From Alphaproteobacteria bacterium (GTDB lineage: Bacteria; Pseudomonadota; Alphaproteobacteria; Bin95): a stretch of DNA of 64,000 nt. Positions within the stretch are counted from its first letter, which is position 1. Every line of letters begins with the position of its first letter. Both the position numbers and the translations under genes were made by a program. Shown here one piece after another: positions 46,894 through 56,887 of the stretch. The stretch lies in assembly GCA_964291285.2 (NCBI GenBank), contig OZ219786.1, positions 512,001 through 576,000 on the forward strand, in the 5' to 3' direction. Below the pieces are notes generated by a model. It had not been told where the DNA came from. It saw only the letters and a list, made by a program, of their open reading frames with translations, and did no database searches.

Positions 46894-47792
46894 ACAGGAT
46901 CGCAGTGCTCATGGGCGGCGTGTCCGCAGAACGGGAGGTTTCGCTGACCACGGGCCGGGCCGTGTGCGAGGCTCTGACCAAGCTCGGTTACTCGGTCGAT
47001 CCCATCGATGTCGGGGCCGACATTCCCGCGCTTGCGGCACGGCTGACCCCGGCGCCCGACGCCGCCTTCAACGCCCTTCACGGGCGCTTCGGCGAGGATG
47101 GCTGCATCCAGGGTCTGCTCGAACTCATGGGCATTCCCTACACCCATTCCGGCATACGCGCCTCGGCGCTCGCCATGGACAAGGCGGCGTCGAAGGCGGT
47201 GTTCAGGACGGCCGGCATCGCCGTGCCCGACGGCAAGGTGGTGTGCTGCGGGGACGCGCATGACTCCATGCCGCCGCCCTATGTGGTCAAGCCGGTCTCG
47301 GAGGGCTCGAGCGTCGGCGTTATCATCGTCGAGGAAGGCTCCAACGCCGTTCCCCTCTCGCCCGAGACCTGGCCTTTCGGCGGCAGGGCCCTGGTGGAAC
47401 GCTATATTCCCGGCCGTGAACTCACCGTCGCCGTAAATGACGGCCGGGCACTCGGCCTGCTGGAAATCCGGCCCTACCAGGGCTTCTACGATTACGACAC
47501 GAAATATACCGAAGCGCGCGCGGAGCATCTGGTTCCGGCGCCGGTCGATGAGGATGTGGCGGCCCAGGCGCTCGACATGGCTGAACGGGCGCATGCGGCG
47601 CTCGGCTGCCGGTCGGTCACGCGCGCCGACTTCCGCTATGACGAGCATGGCGGCGGGCTTTACCTGCTGGAGGTCAACACCCAGCCGGGGCTGACGCCGC
47701 TCTCCCTCGTGCCGGAAATCGCCGCTTGGGCAGGCATCGATTTTCCGAGCCTCGTCCAGTTGATGACGGAGGCGGCCCGATGCGATTTCTGA
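46890..47792 (+). CDS. ddl: D-alanine--D-alanine ligase
   Basis: SAEREVS, LHGRFGEDG, GSSVG, EVNTQPG. Confidence 0.95.
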   Translation: MNRIAVLMGGVSAEREVSLTTGRAVCEALTKLGYSVDPIDVGADIPALAARLTPAPDAAFNALHGRFGEDGCIQGLLELMGIPYTHSGIRASALAMDKAASKAVFRTAGIAVPDGKVVCCGDAHDSMPPPYVVKPVSEGSSVGVIIVEEGSNAVPLSPETWPFGGRALVERYIPGRELTVAVNDGRALGLLEIRPYQGFYDYDTKYTEARAEHLVPAPVDEDVAAQALDMAERAHAALGCRSVTRADFRYDEHGGGLYLLEVNTQPGLTPLSLVPEIAAWAGIDFPSLVQLMTEAARCDF

Positions 47793-48565
47793 AGCTCCGG
47801 CCGCGCAGGCGGTGGCTTCTGCGCCTGGGAGCGGTGCTGCTGCTGGCGACAGGAACGGCCGCCGCTGTCCGCACCGGCGAATCCGAATGGGCCGCCCGCC
47901 ACTTCCGCGCCGCCATGGAGCGGGCCTACGCCTTGTCCGTTCGCGCCGGTTTCGAGGTCCGCGAAGTGATGGTGATCGGCCGCAAGCAGACGACGCGGGA
48001 AGAGGTCCGGAGCGCTCTCGGGGCCGTCGCCGGCTCGCCCATCCTCGGTGTGGACATCCGCGCCGCGCGCAGGCGCGTCGAGGCCTTGCCCTGGGTGCAG
48101 CAGGCGGAAGTGGAACGGGCGCTTCCGGACCTGCTGGTCGTGCGGCTGGTCGAGCGCGAGACGCTCGCTGTCTGGGACCGCGGGCGGGACTTCGCGGTCA
48201 TCGACAGGACAGGCCGCGAAATCCCCGGCCTCGACCCGCGCGACTTTGCCGACCTGCCGGTCGTCCGCGGCGAGGGCGCCGCCGCAGCCGCTCCCGCCAT
48301 TCTCGCCACGCTCGGACAGGAACCGGACGTCGCGTGGCGCGTCACCGGACTCACCTATGTGTCGGGCAGGCGCTGGAACGTCCATCTGGACTGGCGGATC
48401 GAGATAAAGCTGCCCGAAGAAGGCGCCGAGGCCGCCTGGGCCCGCCTTGCGCAGATCAACCGGGAACGCCGTCTGCTCGACGGAGACATCGCCCATATCG
48501 ACATGCGTTTCGACGGCCGGATGGTCCTTCGCATGGCCCGAAACGAGACCGCGGAACGGAGCTGA
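47780..48565 (+). CDS. ftsQ: Cell division protein FtsQ
   Basis: TM plus POTRA (LPWV..A.V.R.LPD); IDMR; located between ddl and ftsA. Confidence 0.9.
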   Translation: MRFLKLRPRRRWLLRLGAVLLLATGTAAAVRTGESEWAARHFRAAMERAYALSVRAGFEVREVMVIGRKQTTREEVRSALGAVAGSPILGVDIRAARRRVEALPWVQQAEVERALPDLLVVRLVERETLAVWDRGRDFAVIDRTGREIPGLDPRDFADLPVVRGEGAAAAAPAILATLGQEPDVAWRVTGLTYVSGRRWNVHLDWRIEIKLPEEGAEAAWARLAQINRERRLLDGDIAHIDMRFDGRMVLRMARNETAERS

Positions 48566-48569
48566 ACCC

Positions 48570-49808
48570 ATGGCGCGGGAGAACATCGTCGCAGCGCTGG
48601 ATGTCGGCAGCACCAAGGTCTGCTGCTTCATCGCCAGGGTCCTGGAAGAAGGGCCCCTCGATGTCATCGGCATCGGCGACCGCGCCTCGCGCGGCATCCT
48701 CGAGGGCGCCGTTGTCGATATCCATGCCGCCGGCCAGGCCATCGCCACGGCGATTTCCCATGCCGAACGCATGGCCGGCGTCGAGGTTCAGCAGATCTAC
48801 GTGGCGACCGGCGGCGGGCGTCCGGCGAGCCAGCGCATCCGCGTCGAGCTTCCGGTCCCAGGTCCGAGGATCGTCCCTGCCGATATTCGCGGGATCCAGA
48901 ACACTGCCTATGCGCGCATCGAGACCAGGGACCGCCGCCTGCTTCTGGTCCGGCCGCTGGACTATGTGGTCGACGGCGTGGACGGCATCGAAAACCCGCT
49001 CGGCATGTATGGCAGCCGCATTGGCATCGACCTCCATGCGGTCACCGCCGAAGCCGGGCCGATCGCCAATCTGGAAGCTTGCGTCAGGGCGGCGCATGTC
49101 GAGGTCGCCGGCATTCTCCCCGCCCCCTACGCGGCGGGCCTGGCCGTGCTCAGCGAAGAGGACCGCGAGCTCGGCATAGCGGTGGCCGACATGGGCGGCG
49201 GGACGACGGGAATCGCCGTCTTCAACAACCGCGGCGTGACTTTCGTGGACGTATTGAAGAAGGGCGGCGCGCGGCTGACCGAGGATGTCGCCTACGCCTT
49301 CTCCATGAACTTCCGCGAGGCCGAGGAGATCAAGGTCAAGGAGGCGAGCTGCCTTAGCGGCTCACCCTTCGAGACGGACCCGCTGCCGGACGCAAATGCG
49401 GAAGAGAGTTACGGGAAGAACGGCCGCCATGTGGTTCCGCCCTATCTGAGGCAGATCGTTACGCCGCGAACGGAACAGACCTTTGAGCGCGTCCGCGCCC
49501 GCCTGGACGAGACCTACGCCCAGATGGAAGCGGGACGGCGGGTCGTTCTTGCCGGCGGCGCCAGCCAGCTGGTCGGCGCCGCCCGGCTGGGCGAGCTGAT
49601 CCTGGAACGCCAGGTCCGCACGGGAAGCATCGGACCCGCCTTCCGGATCGCCGACTCCCGCACCGGCCCCGCTTATGCCGCCTGCGCCGGCCTGCTCGTG
49701 CATGCCCGCGGCGGGGATGCGCCCGCCGCGCTCTCCATGCCGGCGCTCGCGCCCGCCTCCACACATCTCTTCGCCCGCTTCGGCGCATGGATGCGCCAGC
49801 ACATCTGA
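48570..49808 (+). CDS. ftsA: Cell division protein FtsA
   Basis: [26 protein letters not shown]; C-terminal amphipathic helix. Confidence 0.95.
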   Translation: MARENIVAALDVGSTKVCCFIARVLEEGPLDVIGIGDRASRGILEGAVVDIHAAGQAIATAISHAERMAGVEVQQIYVATGGGRPASQRIRVELPVPGPRIVPADIRGIQNTAYARIETRDRRLLLVRPLDYVVDGVDGIENPLGMYGSRIGIDLHAVTAEAGPIANLEACVRAAHVEVAGILPAPYAAGLAVLSEEDRELGIAVADMGGGTTGIAVFNNRGVTFVDVLKKGGARLTEDVAYAFSMNFREAEEIKVKEASCLSGSPFETDPLPDANAEESYGKNGRHVVPPYLRQIVTPRTEQTFERVRARLDETYAQMEAGRRVVLAGGASQLVGAARLGELILERQVRTGSIGPAFRIADSRTGPAYAACAGLLVHARGGDAPAALSMPALAPASTHLFARFGAWMRQHI

Positions 49809-49851
49809 CGAGGAACCCCAAGCCAGGACGTTGCCCAGACAGGAGAACCCG

Positions 49852-51387
49852 ATGAGCACAATCAACTTCCACTCTCCGCCCGACTATGTCGAGATGAGGC
49901 CGCGAATCACGGTCATCGGCGTCGGCGGCGCGGGAGGCAACGCGGTCAACAACATGATCCGCTCCGATCTCCAGGGCGTCGAATTCCTGGTGGCCAACAC
50001 CGACGCGCAGGCGCTGGGCCTGTCGGACGCGCCCAACCGCATCCGGCTTGGCGCCAACCTGACCAACGGCCTGGGCGCCGGCGCCGAACCCGACATCGGA
50101 CGGGCGGCCGCGGAGGAAGCGCTCGACGAAGTCATGGCGGAGATCGAAGGCTGCCACATGCTCTTCATCACCGCCGGCATGGGCGGCGGCACCGGCACCG
50201 GCGCCGCCCCGGTGATCGCCCGGGCGGCGCGGGAGCGCGGCGTGCTGACCGTGGGCGTCGTCACCAAGCCGTTCAACTTCGAGGGCACGCGCCGCATGCG
50301 CGCCGCCGAGAACGGCATCGAGGAGCTGGCCAAGTTCGTCGATACGCTGATCGTCATCCCGAACCAGAACCTGTTCCAGGTGGCCGACCCGCGAACCACC
50401 CTCGCCGAAGCCTTCCAGATGGCGGACGAGGTGCTGCAATCGGGTGTGCGCGGCGTGACCGACCTGATGATCAAGCCGGGCCTTGTGAACCTCGACTTCG
50501 CCGACATCCGCTCGGTCATGCGCGAAATGGGCAAGGCGATGATGGGCACCGGCGAGGCGGAGGGCGAAACCCGCGCCATCGACGCCGCGGAAGCCGCCAT
50601 CGACAATCCGCTGCTCGACGACACCTCCATGCGGGGCGCGCAGGCGGTGCTCATCAACATCACCGGCGGTTTCGACATGGGCCTGATGGAGGTGGACGAG
50701 GCCGCCAACCGCATCCGCCGGGAAGTGGACGAAAACGCCAATATCGTGTTCGGCTCCACGCTCGACGAGAGCATGAACAACAGGATGCGCGTGTCCGTGG
50801 TCGCAACCGGCATCGAGTCGGAGTTCAAACGCGAGACGGATCCCGTCCTGCCGGGCATCGTCGTCGTCGACCGGCCGTCGGAAGACGCGGCGATGGACGC
50901 GGCAGTGCCGGAGGAGACACCGGAAGTCGCCGAAGAGCCGGCCCGCGTCGTCGCGATGACCGAGGCCGCGGAAGAAGAGGCCCCGATGGAGGCCGCTGCC
51001 GAAGCCGCCGAACAGCCCGGGGAAGCGGCGGCGCCGGCGGCAGAGCCTGCAGCGGCCGGGATCGACGATGCCGAGGCCGCGCCGGCCCGCAAGCCGGCCT
51101 ATGGCAAGGCCTTCCTGCCGGACGGCGCGGCCGCGCCGCGCAAGACGCAGCTGTTCCGCGCGCCCCCGGCCGCAGCCATGCCCGAAACCCCGCCGGCTCC
51201 GCCGCCGACGCCGCAGCGCCGCGGATGGTTCGGCCTGCCCGGCCTTCTGGGACGGGAAGCGGACGCGGCCGCCAAGGAGCCCCCGCCTCTCGAAGTGAGC
51301 ATTGGCAGCGGCAACGCGGTGCCGGCCCCGGCTGAGGACGACGAGCAGCTCAACATCCCGGCATTCCTGAAGCGCCAGGCCAACTGA
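49852..51387 (+). CDS. ftsZ: Cell division protein FtsZ
   Basis: GGGTGTG, NLDFAD, long linker and C-terminal [12 protein letters not shown]; AGGAG RBS. Confidence 0.98.
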   Translation: MSTINFHSPPDYVEMRPRITVIGVGGAGGNAVNNMIRSDLQGVEFLVANTDAQALGLSDAPNRIRLGANLTNGLGAGAEPDIGRAAAEEALDEVMAEIEGCHMLFITAGMGGGTGTGAAPVIARAARERGVLTVGVVTKPFNFEGTRRMRAAENGIEELAKFVDTLIVIPNQNLFQVADPRTTLAEAFQMADEVLQSGVRGVTDLMIKPGLVNLDFADIRSVMREMGKAMMGTGEAEGETRAIDAAEAAIDNPLLDDTSMRGAQAVLINITGGFDMGLMEVDEAANRIRREVDENANIVFGSTLDESMNNRMRVSVVATGIESEFKRETDPVLPGIVVVDRPSEDAAMDAAVPEETPEVAEEPARVVAMTEAAEEEAPMEAAAEAAEQPGEAAAPAAEPAAAGIDDAEAAPARKPAYGKAFLPDGAAAPRKTQLFRAPPAAAMPETPPAPPPTPQRRGWFGLPGLLGREADAAAKEPPPLEVSIGSGNAVPAPAEDDEQLNIPAFLKRQAN

Positions 51388-51393
51388 GAGCGT

Positions 51394-52242
51394 TCAGGCC
51401 GCGAATTCGGCCCTCCTGTAGCCCTGCAGGTAGAGCAGGGCCGCGAGGCCCGCCCGGTCCACCCGGATGCGGGCCTCCGCCGCCACCGCGGGCTTCGCGC
51501 GGAAGGCGACGCCGAGCCCGGCGGCGGCCAGCATGGCGAGGTCGTTGGCCCCGTCGCCGACCGCCAGCGTGTCCCGGGGCGCGAGGCCGAGCGCATTGCG
51601 GCGTTCTTCCAGCGCCCGGCGCTTCGCGTCCTGCCCGAGAACGGGTTCGAGCACGCGGCCGGTCAGCCGCCCGTCCCGCACCTCCAGCCGGTTGGCCTGC
51701 ACCTCGTGGAAGCCGAGGCGCGCGCCTACCGGCTCCGCGAACAGGGTGAAGCCGCCCGACACCAGCATGCAATGGGCGCCCGAAGCGCGCATCGTCGCGA
51801 CGGCCGCGCGCGCCCCCGGCATGAGATGGAGGCGCGCCAGCACCCGGTCCACCGCCGCCAGCGGCAGCCCGGCCAGCAGGCCGACCCGTTCCCGGACCGC
51901 CGCCTCGAAATCGAGTTCGCCATTCATCGCCCGCGCCGTGATCGCGGCCACCCGCCCGCCGATCCCGGCCTCTGCCGCCAGTTCGTCCAGCGTCTCCCCG
52001 GCGACCATGGTGGAGTCCATGTCGGCGATGAGCAGGCGCTTGCGCCGTCCGCGCGCCGGCAGCACGGCCCAGTCGATCCCCGTCTCGCCGGGCTCGGCAT
52101 CGGGCGCGGCCACCGCCATCTCGACCGCATCGGGGCCGAGCCGGCGCACCGGGCCCGCCTTGAGCCGCCCGGCGAGGCGCGCGACAATCGCCTCGTCCAG
52201 CGCCTCGCCTTCCGGCGCCATCGCCACGGCCACCCAGTCCAT
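51394..52242 (-). CDS. serB: Phosphoserine phosphatase
   Basis: DMDST, VSGGF and GDGANDL HAD motifs. Confidence 0.9.
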   Translation of the reverse strand: MDWVAVAMAPEGEALDEAIVARLAGRLKAGPVRRLGPDAVEMAVAAPDAEPGETGIDWAVLPARGRRKRLLIADMDSTMVAGETLDELAAEAGIGGRVAAITARAMNGELDFEAAVRERVGLLAGLPLAAVDRVLARLHLMPGARAAVATMRASGAHCMLVSGGFTLFAEPVGARLGFHEVQANRLEVRDGRLTGRVLEPVLGQDAKRRALEERRNALGLAPRDTLAVGDGANDLAMLAAAGLGVAFRAKPAVAAEARIRVDRAGLAALLYLQGYRRAEFAA

Positions 52243-52258
52243 GACTGCATCCTGCGAC

Positions 52259-53188
52259 ATGCCGCCCATCATCGTCATTGCGGGCCCGACGGCGAGCGGT
52301 AAATCGAAGCTGGCGCTCGAAATGGCGGCCGCGCTCGGCGGCGCGGTCGTGAACGCCGACAGCATGCAGGTCTATCGCGAATTGCGGGTCCTGACCGCGC
52401 GGCCGGGGCCGGCGGAGGAGGAACGCGCGCCGCACCGGCTCTACGGCGTCATGCCCGCATGGGAGCGCTGCTCCGCCGCGCGCTGGCGGGAGATGGCGCT
52501 GGCCGCGCTGGCCGGCGAGGAGGCACATCCCGCCATTCTCTGCGGCGGAACCGGCTTCTATATCGAGGCGCTGCTGCACGGCCTTTCCGACATGCCCGAT
52601 ACGGCGCCCGGCATCGAGGCCGCCGCCCGCGCGCGCCGCGAGGCGCTGGGGGCGGAGGGCTTCCACCGCGAAGTGGCGGCGCGCGACCCGGACCTCGCCC
52701 GGCGCGTGCCGCCCGGCGACCGCCAGCGGCTGCTCAGGGCCTGGGCGGTGTTCGAGGCGACCGGCAGGCCGCTCTCCGAATGGCAGGCCGGGCCGCGCCC
52801 TGCCCCGCTCAGGGCCTGGACCATCCTCCTCGATCCGCCGCGCGAGCGGTTGCGGGCGCGCATCGAGACGCGGTTCCGCGCCATGCTGGCGGCCGGCGCG
52901 CTGGAGGAGGCGGACCGGCTCCGGGGCCTCGACCCGGACCTGCCGGCGATGAAGGCGCTGGGGCTGCCCGAGCTGCATGCCCATCTCGCCGGCGAGATCG
53001 CGCTGGAGGAGGCGGAAAGGCGCGCGGTCTTCGCCACCCGCCGTTTCGCCAAGCGCCAGCGGACCTGGTTCCGCAACCGCCTTCGCGCCGACGCGACCTT
53101 CCGGCAGGACTGGTCTCCCGACCTCCCCGCCGCCGCAATGGCCGGCCTTCCGCAGGACCTTCGCAGCCCGGAGCGGGCAAGCCCGTGA
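52259..53188 (+). CDS. miaA: tRNA dimethylallyltransferase
   Basis: GPTASGKS, ADSMQVY, GGTGFY, AKRQRTWFR. Confidence 0.95.
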   Translation: MPPIIVIAGPTASGKSKLALEMAAALGGAVVNADSMQVYRELRVLTARPGPAEEERAPHRLYGVMPAWERCSAARWREMALAALAGEEAHPAILCGGTGFYIEALLHGLSDMPDTAPGIEAAARARREALGAEGFHREVAARDPDLARRVPPGDRQRLLRAWAVFEATGRPLSEWQAGPRPAPLRAWTILLDPPRERLRARIETRFRAMLAAGALEEADRLRGLDPDLPAMKALGLPELHAHLAGEIALEEAERRAVFATRRFAKRQRTWFRNRLRADATFRQDWSPDLPAAAMAGLPQDLRSPERASP

Positions 53189-53302
53189 CCGGCTTCGACA
53201 AAAGCAGCGCACCGCGTCCCGATGCCTGCCTGGCACCCTTCCCTTCGGGCCGTTCCTGCGCTCTACTGTCGGGCGACTCCCCGGCAGCAGGGACGGCTTG
53301 CC

Positions 53303-53773
53303 ATGACCGCATACAGGTTCGACGACCGCGCCATCGACTGGGCGCCGTTCAACGGTTTCGAGGGCCTCTACTATTCCATCCAGAGCGTGGACCGGGAGTT
53401 GAACCGGGTCGATATGCTCATGAAGTTCGATCCCGACACCAACTGCGTGCCGCACACCAACTGCGTGCCGCACACCCATGTCGGCGTCACCAAGACGCTG
53501 GTGCTCGAAGGCGAGCACCGCATCTACAAGCCGGGGCCCGACGGCGCGCTGGGAGCGCCCGACATCCGCCCGGCCGGCACCTTCTCCGAGAACCGGGGCG
53601 ACGAAACCCATGTCGAGGGCGGCGGGCCGGAGGGCGCGATCATCCTGCTCTCCATGCAGGCGGTGGAGGGCGACGTCTATGACATCCTTTGCGAGGACCT
53701 CACGCTCGACCGCAAGATCACGCTCGACAATTTCGCCCGCGGCCTGGACCGCCAGCGGGCGAGAGCCGCCTGA
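53303..53773 (+). CDS. ChrR-like cupin protein with an internal 6-aa duplication
   Basis: PHTH..VLEGE..THVEG cupin motifs; 18-bp tandem duplication 53436-53471. Confidence 0.7.
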   Translation: MTAYRFDDRAIDWAPFNGFEGLYYSIQSVDRELNRVDMLMKFDPDTNCVPHTNCVPHTHVGVTKTLVLEGEHRIYKPGPDGALGAPDIRPAGTFSENRGDETHVEGGGPEGAIILLSMQAVEGDVYDILCEDLTLDRKITLDNFARGLDRQRARAA

Positions 53774-53833
53774 GGGCCGGGCGTTCCGGGAAGAAGACGT
53801 TACCGAAGCGGTTTTCAGATTGGGCTGACCGAG

Positions 53834-54478
53834 ATGCTGTGCTTTGCCGAAGAGATCATGCTGCTCCTGCTCGACGACCGCGACGGGAGCTTCCTGCCCG
53901 TCCCGCAATCGTCGCTGAGAAGCGCGCTGGCCGGCGCGGTGCTGATGGACCTCGCGCTGCTGGACCGGATCGACACCGACCCCGGCTCGCTCATCCTCGT
54001 GGACGAGAAGCCGACGGGCGACCCGTTGCTCGACCCCACGCTGGAACGCATCGTCGCGGCCAGACACAGCCACGACGCCCACCACTGGGTCCAGAGGTCC
54101 GCCGACCATGCCGACGAGATCCGCGAAACCGCCCTCGCACGGCTCGTCGAAAAGGGCATCCTGACGCGCGAGGAAGACCGGTTTCTCTGGGTCTTCCGGT
54201 CGCGGCGCTACCCGAGCGTGGACGGAAAGGCGGAACGGGAGGTCAAGCTCCGGATCATGGGCGTGCTCCTGTCCGACGAGATTCCCGACCCCCGCGACAT
54301 CGCGATCATCGGCCTCTGCGACGCCTGCGGCATACTCGACCACATGATGGCGCCGCGCGAACTGGGCCAGGCCCGCGCGCGCATCGACCAGGTCAGCAGG
54401 CTGGACCTGATCGGCCAGTCGGTGGCGAACGTGATCGAGCAGACGCGGGAGTTGAGCCGGCTGCGCTCGGACCTGTAG
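53834..54478 (+). CDS. GPP34 (Golgi phosphoprotein 3) family protein
   Basis: AEEIMLLLLDD, LAGAVLMDLAL, PTGDPLLD, LVEKGIL, RRYP. Confidence 0.85.
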   Translation: MLCFAEEIMLLLLDDRDGSFLPVPQSSLRSALAGAVLMDLALLDRIDTDPGSLILVDEKPTGDPLLDPTLERIVAARHSHDAHHWVQRSADHADEIRETALARLVEKGILTREEDRFLWVFRSRRYPSVDGKAEREVKLRIMGVLLSDEIPDPRDIAIIGLCDACGILDHMMAPRELGQARARIDQVSRLDLIGQSVANVIEQTRELSRLRSDL

Positions 54479-54507
54479 CGCCGGGTTCGGGAAGCCGAAA
54501 GCCGGGC

Positions 54508-54924
54508 CTACCCTCCCGGCATGCCCCTGTCCTTGGGGAGGTCGGGGTCCATCGGGCACCAGGGTTGCGCACTGCCGACGAAGATGTCCCGGCTCGGCCG
54601 ATACAGGCCGGGATCGTCAAGGCTGCCCGCGTAAAGCACCCGCACCCCTTCGGACGCCCCGTTTTTCAGGAACACGGGAGAGCCGCATTCGGGGCAGAAG
54701 GCGCGGCGCATCGGGTGGCCCCTGTCGGCCGGCCTCTCGAACCAGGCGGGCTCGCCGCCGAGAAGCCTGAATTCCCGCTCCCGCACCGCCACGGCCGGGA
54801 AGAAGGCGCTGCCCGTGGCCTGCTGGCAGTCCCGGCAATGGCAGTTGCCCATATAGACCGGCGCGCCGGAACATTCGTAGCGTATGGCACCGCAGGCGCA
54901 GCCGCCGCCGAACGGGAGATCCAT
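54508..54924 (-). CDS. GFA/CENP-V family protein
   Basis: GGCACG, CHCRDCQ, FCPECGS. Confidence 0.9.
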   Translation of the reverse strand: MDLPFGGGCACGAIRYECSGAPVYMGNCHCRDCQQATGSAFFPAVAVREREFRLLGGEPAWFERPADRGHPMRRAFCPECGSPVFLKNGASEGVRVLYAGSLDDPGLYRPSRDIFVGSAQPWCPMDPDLPKDRGMPGG

Positions 54925-55015
54925 GACCCATCTCCTCTCTTGCACCGCGGCGGAGTATAGCCCGTTACTGTCCGGCGCGTTGCAGCGAAGCGGGCGGCGG
55001 GGTATGAGCGGCGCC

Positions 55016-56698
55016 ATGGCTTCATACCAATATGTCTATGTGATGCACGGGCTCGCCAAGGCCTATCCGGGCGGGCGGAAGGTGCTCGACAATATCCGCC
55101 TCGCCTTCCTGCCCGGCGCCAAGATCGGCGTGCTCGGGCCGAACGGCGCCGGCAAATCGACGCTCATGCGCATCATGGCCGGCATCGAGACCGAGTTCGA
55201 CGGCGAGGCGTGGGCGGCGGACGGCGCGCGCGTCGGCTACCTGCCGCAGGAGCCCGAGCTCGACCCCGACCGCGACGTGATGGGCAATGTCATGCAGGGC
55301 GTGGCCGAGACGGCCCGGCTGCTGGAGCGCTTCAACGAGGTGAGCGCGCGCTTCGCCGAAAACCTGACGCCCGAGGAGATGGACGCGCTGATCGAGGAGC
55401 AGGGCGAGTTGCAGGAGCGGATCGACGCGGCGAACGGCTGGGAACTGGAGCGCACGGTCGAGATCGCCATGGACGCGCTGCGCTGCCCGCCGGGCGACGC
55501 CGACACGGCGACGCTTTCCGGCGGCGAGCGGCGGCGTGTGGCGCTCTGCCGCCTGCTGCTCTCCCGGCCCGACCTGCTGCTGCTCGACGAGCCGACCAAC
55601 CATCTGGACGCGGAGAGCGTCGCCTGGCTGGAGCGCTTCCTGGAGCGCTATGAGGGCACGGTGGTGGCCGTCACCCACGACCGCTACTTCCTCGACAATG
55701 TCGCCGGCTGGATCCTGGAGCTTGACCGGGGGCGCGGCGTGCCGTTCGAGGGCAACTACTCCTCCTGGCTGGAGCAGAAGGAGCGCCGCCTCGCGCTGGA
55801 GGAGAAGCAGGAGAGCGCGCGGCGCCGGGTGCTGCAGCGCGAGCTCGAATGGGTGCGCCAGAGCCCGCGCGCCCGGCAGGCCAAGAGCCAGGCGCGCCTG
55901 CGGGCTTACGAGGAGCTTCTGGCGGAGGGCCAGCGCCGGGCGCTCGACACGGCGGAGATCGTCATCCCGCCCGGGCCGAGGCTCGGCGACGTGGTGATCG
56001 AGGCGAAGGGCGTCGCCAAGGCGTTCGGCGACCGGCTGCTGATGGAGGGCGTCTCCTTCCGCCTGCCGCCGGCGGGCATTGTCGGCGTGATCGGCCCGAA
56101 CGGCGCCGGCAAGACCACGCTCTTCCGGATGCTGACCGGCGAGGAGGCGCCGGACAGCGGCGCGCTCCGGGTCGGCGAGACGGTGAAGATCGGCGCGGTG
56201 GACCAGAGCCGCGAGGCGCTCGCTGCCGACAGGACGGTCTGGGAGGAGATTTCCGGCGGCCTCGACATGATCGCGCTCGGAGCGCGCGAGGTGGCGAGCC
56301 GGGCCTATGTCTCCACCTTCAACTTCAAGGGCCCGGACCAGCAGAAGAAGGTCGGCTCCCTCTCGGGCGGCGAGCGCAACCGGGTCCATCTCGCCAAGAT
56401 GCTCAAGTCCGGCGCCAACCTGCTGCTGCTGGACGAGCCGACCAACGACCTCGACGTCGAGACCCTGCGCTCGCTGGAGGAGGCGCTGCTGGCGTTTGCC
56501 GGCTCGGTGCTGGTCATCAGCCACGACCGCTGGTTCCTGGACCGGATCGCCACTCACATCCTCGCCTTCGAGGGCGACAGCCATGTGGAGTGGTTCGAGG
56601 GCAACTACGCCGACTACGAGGCCGACCGCCGCCGCCGCCTCGGCGCGGAAGCCGACAACCCCCACCGCATCCGCTACAAACCGCTGACGCGCGGGTAG
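55016..56698 (+). CDS. ettA: Energy-dependent translational throttle ABC-F protein
   Basis: [15 protein letters not shown], two ABC domains, [10 protein letters not shown] linker, HRIRYK tail. Confidence 0.95.
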   Translation: MASYQYVYVMHGLAKAYPGGRKVLDNIRLAFLPGAKIGVLGPNGAGKSTLMRIMAGIETEFDGEAWAADGARVGYLPQEPELDPDRDVMGNVMQGVAETARLLERFNEVSARFAENLTPEEMDALIEEQGELQERIDAANGWELERTVEIAMDALRCPPGDADTATLSGGERRRVALCRLLLSRPDLLLLDEPTNHLDAESVAWLERFLERYEGTVVAVTHDRYFLDNVAGWILELDRGRGVPFEGNYSSWLEQKERRLALEEKQESARRRVLQRELEWVRQSPRARQAKSQARLRAYEELLAEGQRRALDTAEIVIPPGPRLGDVVIEAKGVAKAFGDRLLMEGVSFRLPPAGIVGVIGPNGAGKTTLFRMLTGEEAPDSGALRVGETVKIGAVDQSREALAADRTVWEEISGGLDMIALGAREVASRAYVSTFNFKGPDQQKKVGSLSGGERNRVHLAKMLKSGANLLLLDEPTNDLDVETLRSLEEALLAFAGSVLVISHDRWFLDRIATHILAFEGDSHVEWFEGNYADYEADRRRRLGAEADNPHRIRYKPLTRG

Positions 56699-56710
56699 GG
56701 GGAGAGGACA

Positions 56711-56872
56711 GTGGCTCGGACCGGACGGGAAGAACCCGCTACCAAAGCCGACCTTGCTGCGCTTGCGACCAAAGCGGACCTGGCAGAATTCGAATCGCGC
56801 TTCACAAACAAGCTTTACGCCGTCGCCGGCGTTCTCGCCGCGCTGATCGTCGCCGCCAGGCTCATCCCCTGA
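56711..56872 (+). CDS. 53-aa mini DUF1640-like membrane-anchored peptide
   Basis: GGAGAGGA RBS and GTG; MARTGREEPATKADLAALATKADLAEFESRFTNKLYAVAGVLAALIVAARLIP; below the ORF-track length cutoff. Confidence 0.65.
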   Translation: MARTGREEPATKADLAALATKADLAEFESRFTNKLYAVAGVLAALIVAARLIP

Positions 56873-56887
56873 CCGGCAGCCCCGTCG

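Noticed and set aside
39140-54559. Very long ORF-track entries (39140..42448, 41206..43569, 43478..45988, 51350..54559) read as fusion proteins
   Set aside because: Upstream parts are out-of-frame overlaps or antisense of real genes; true starts are at ATGA-type overlaps.
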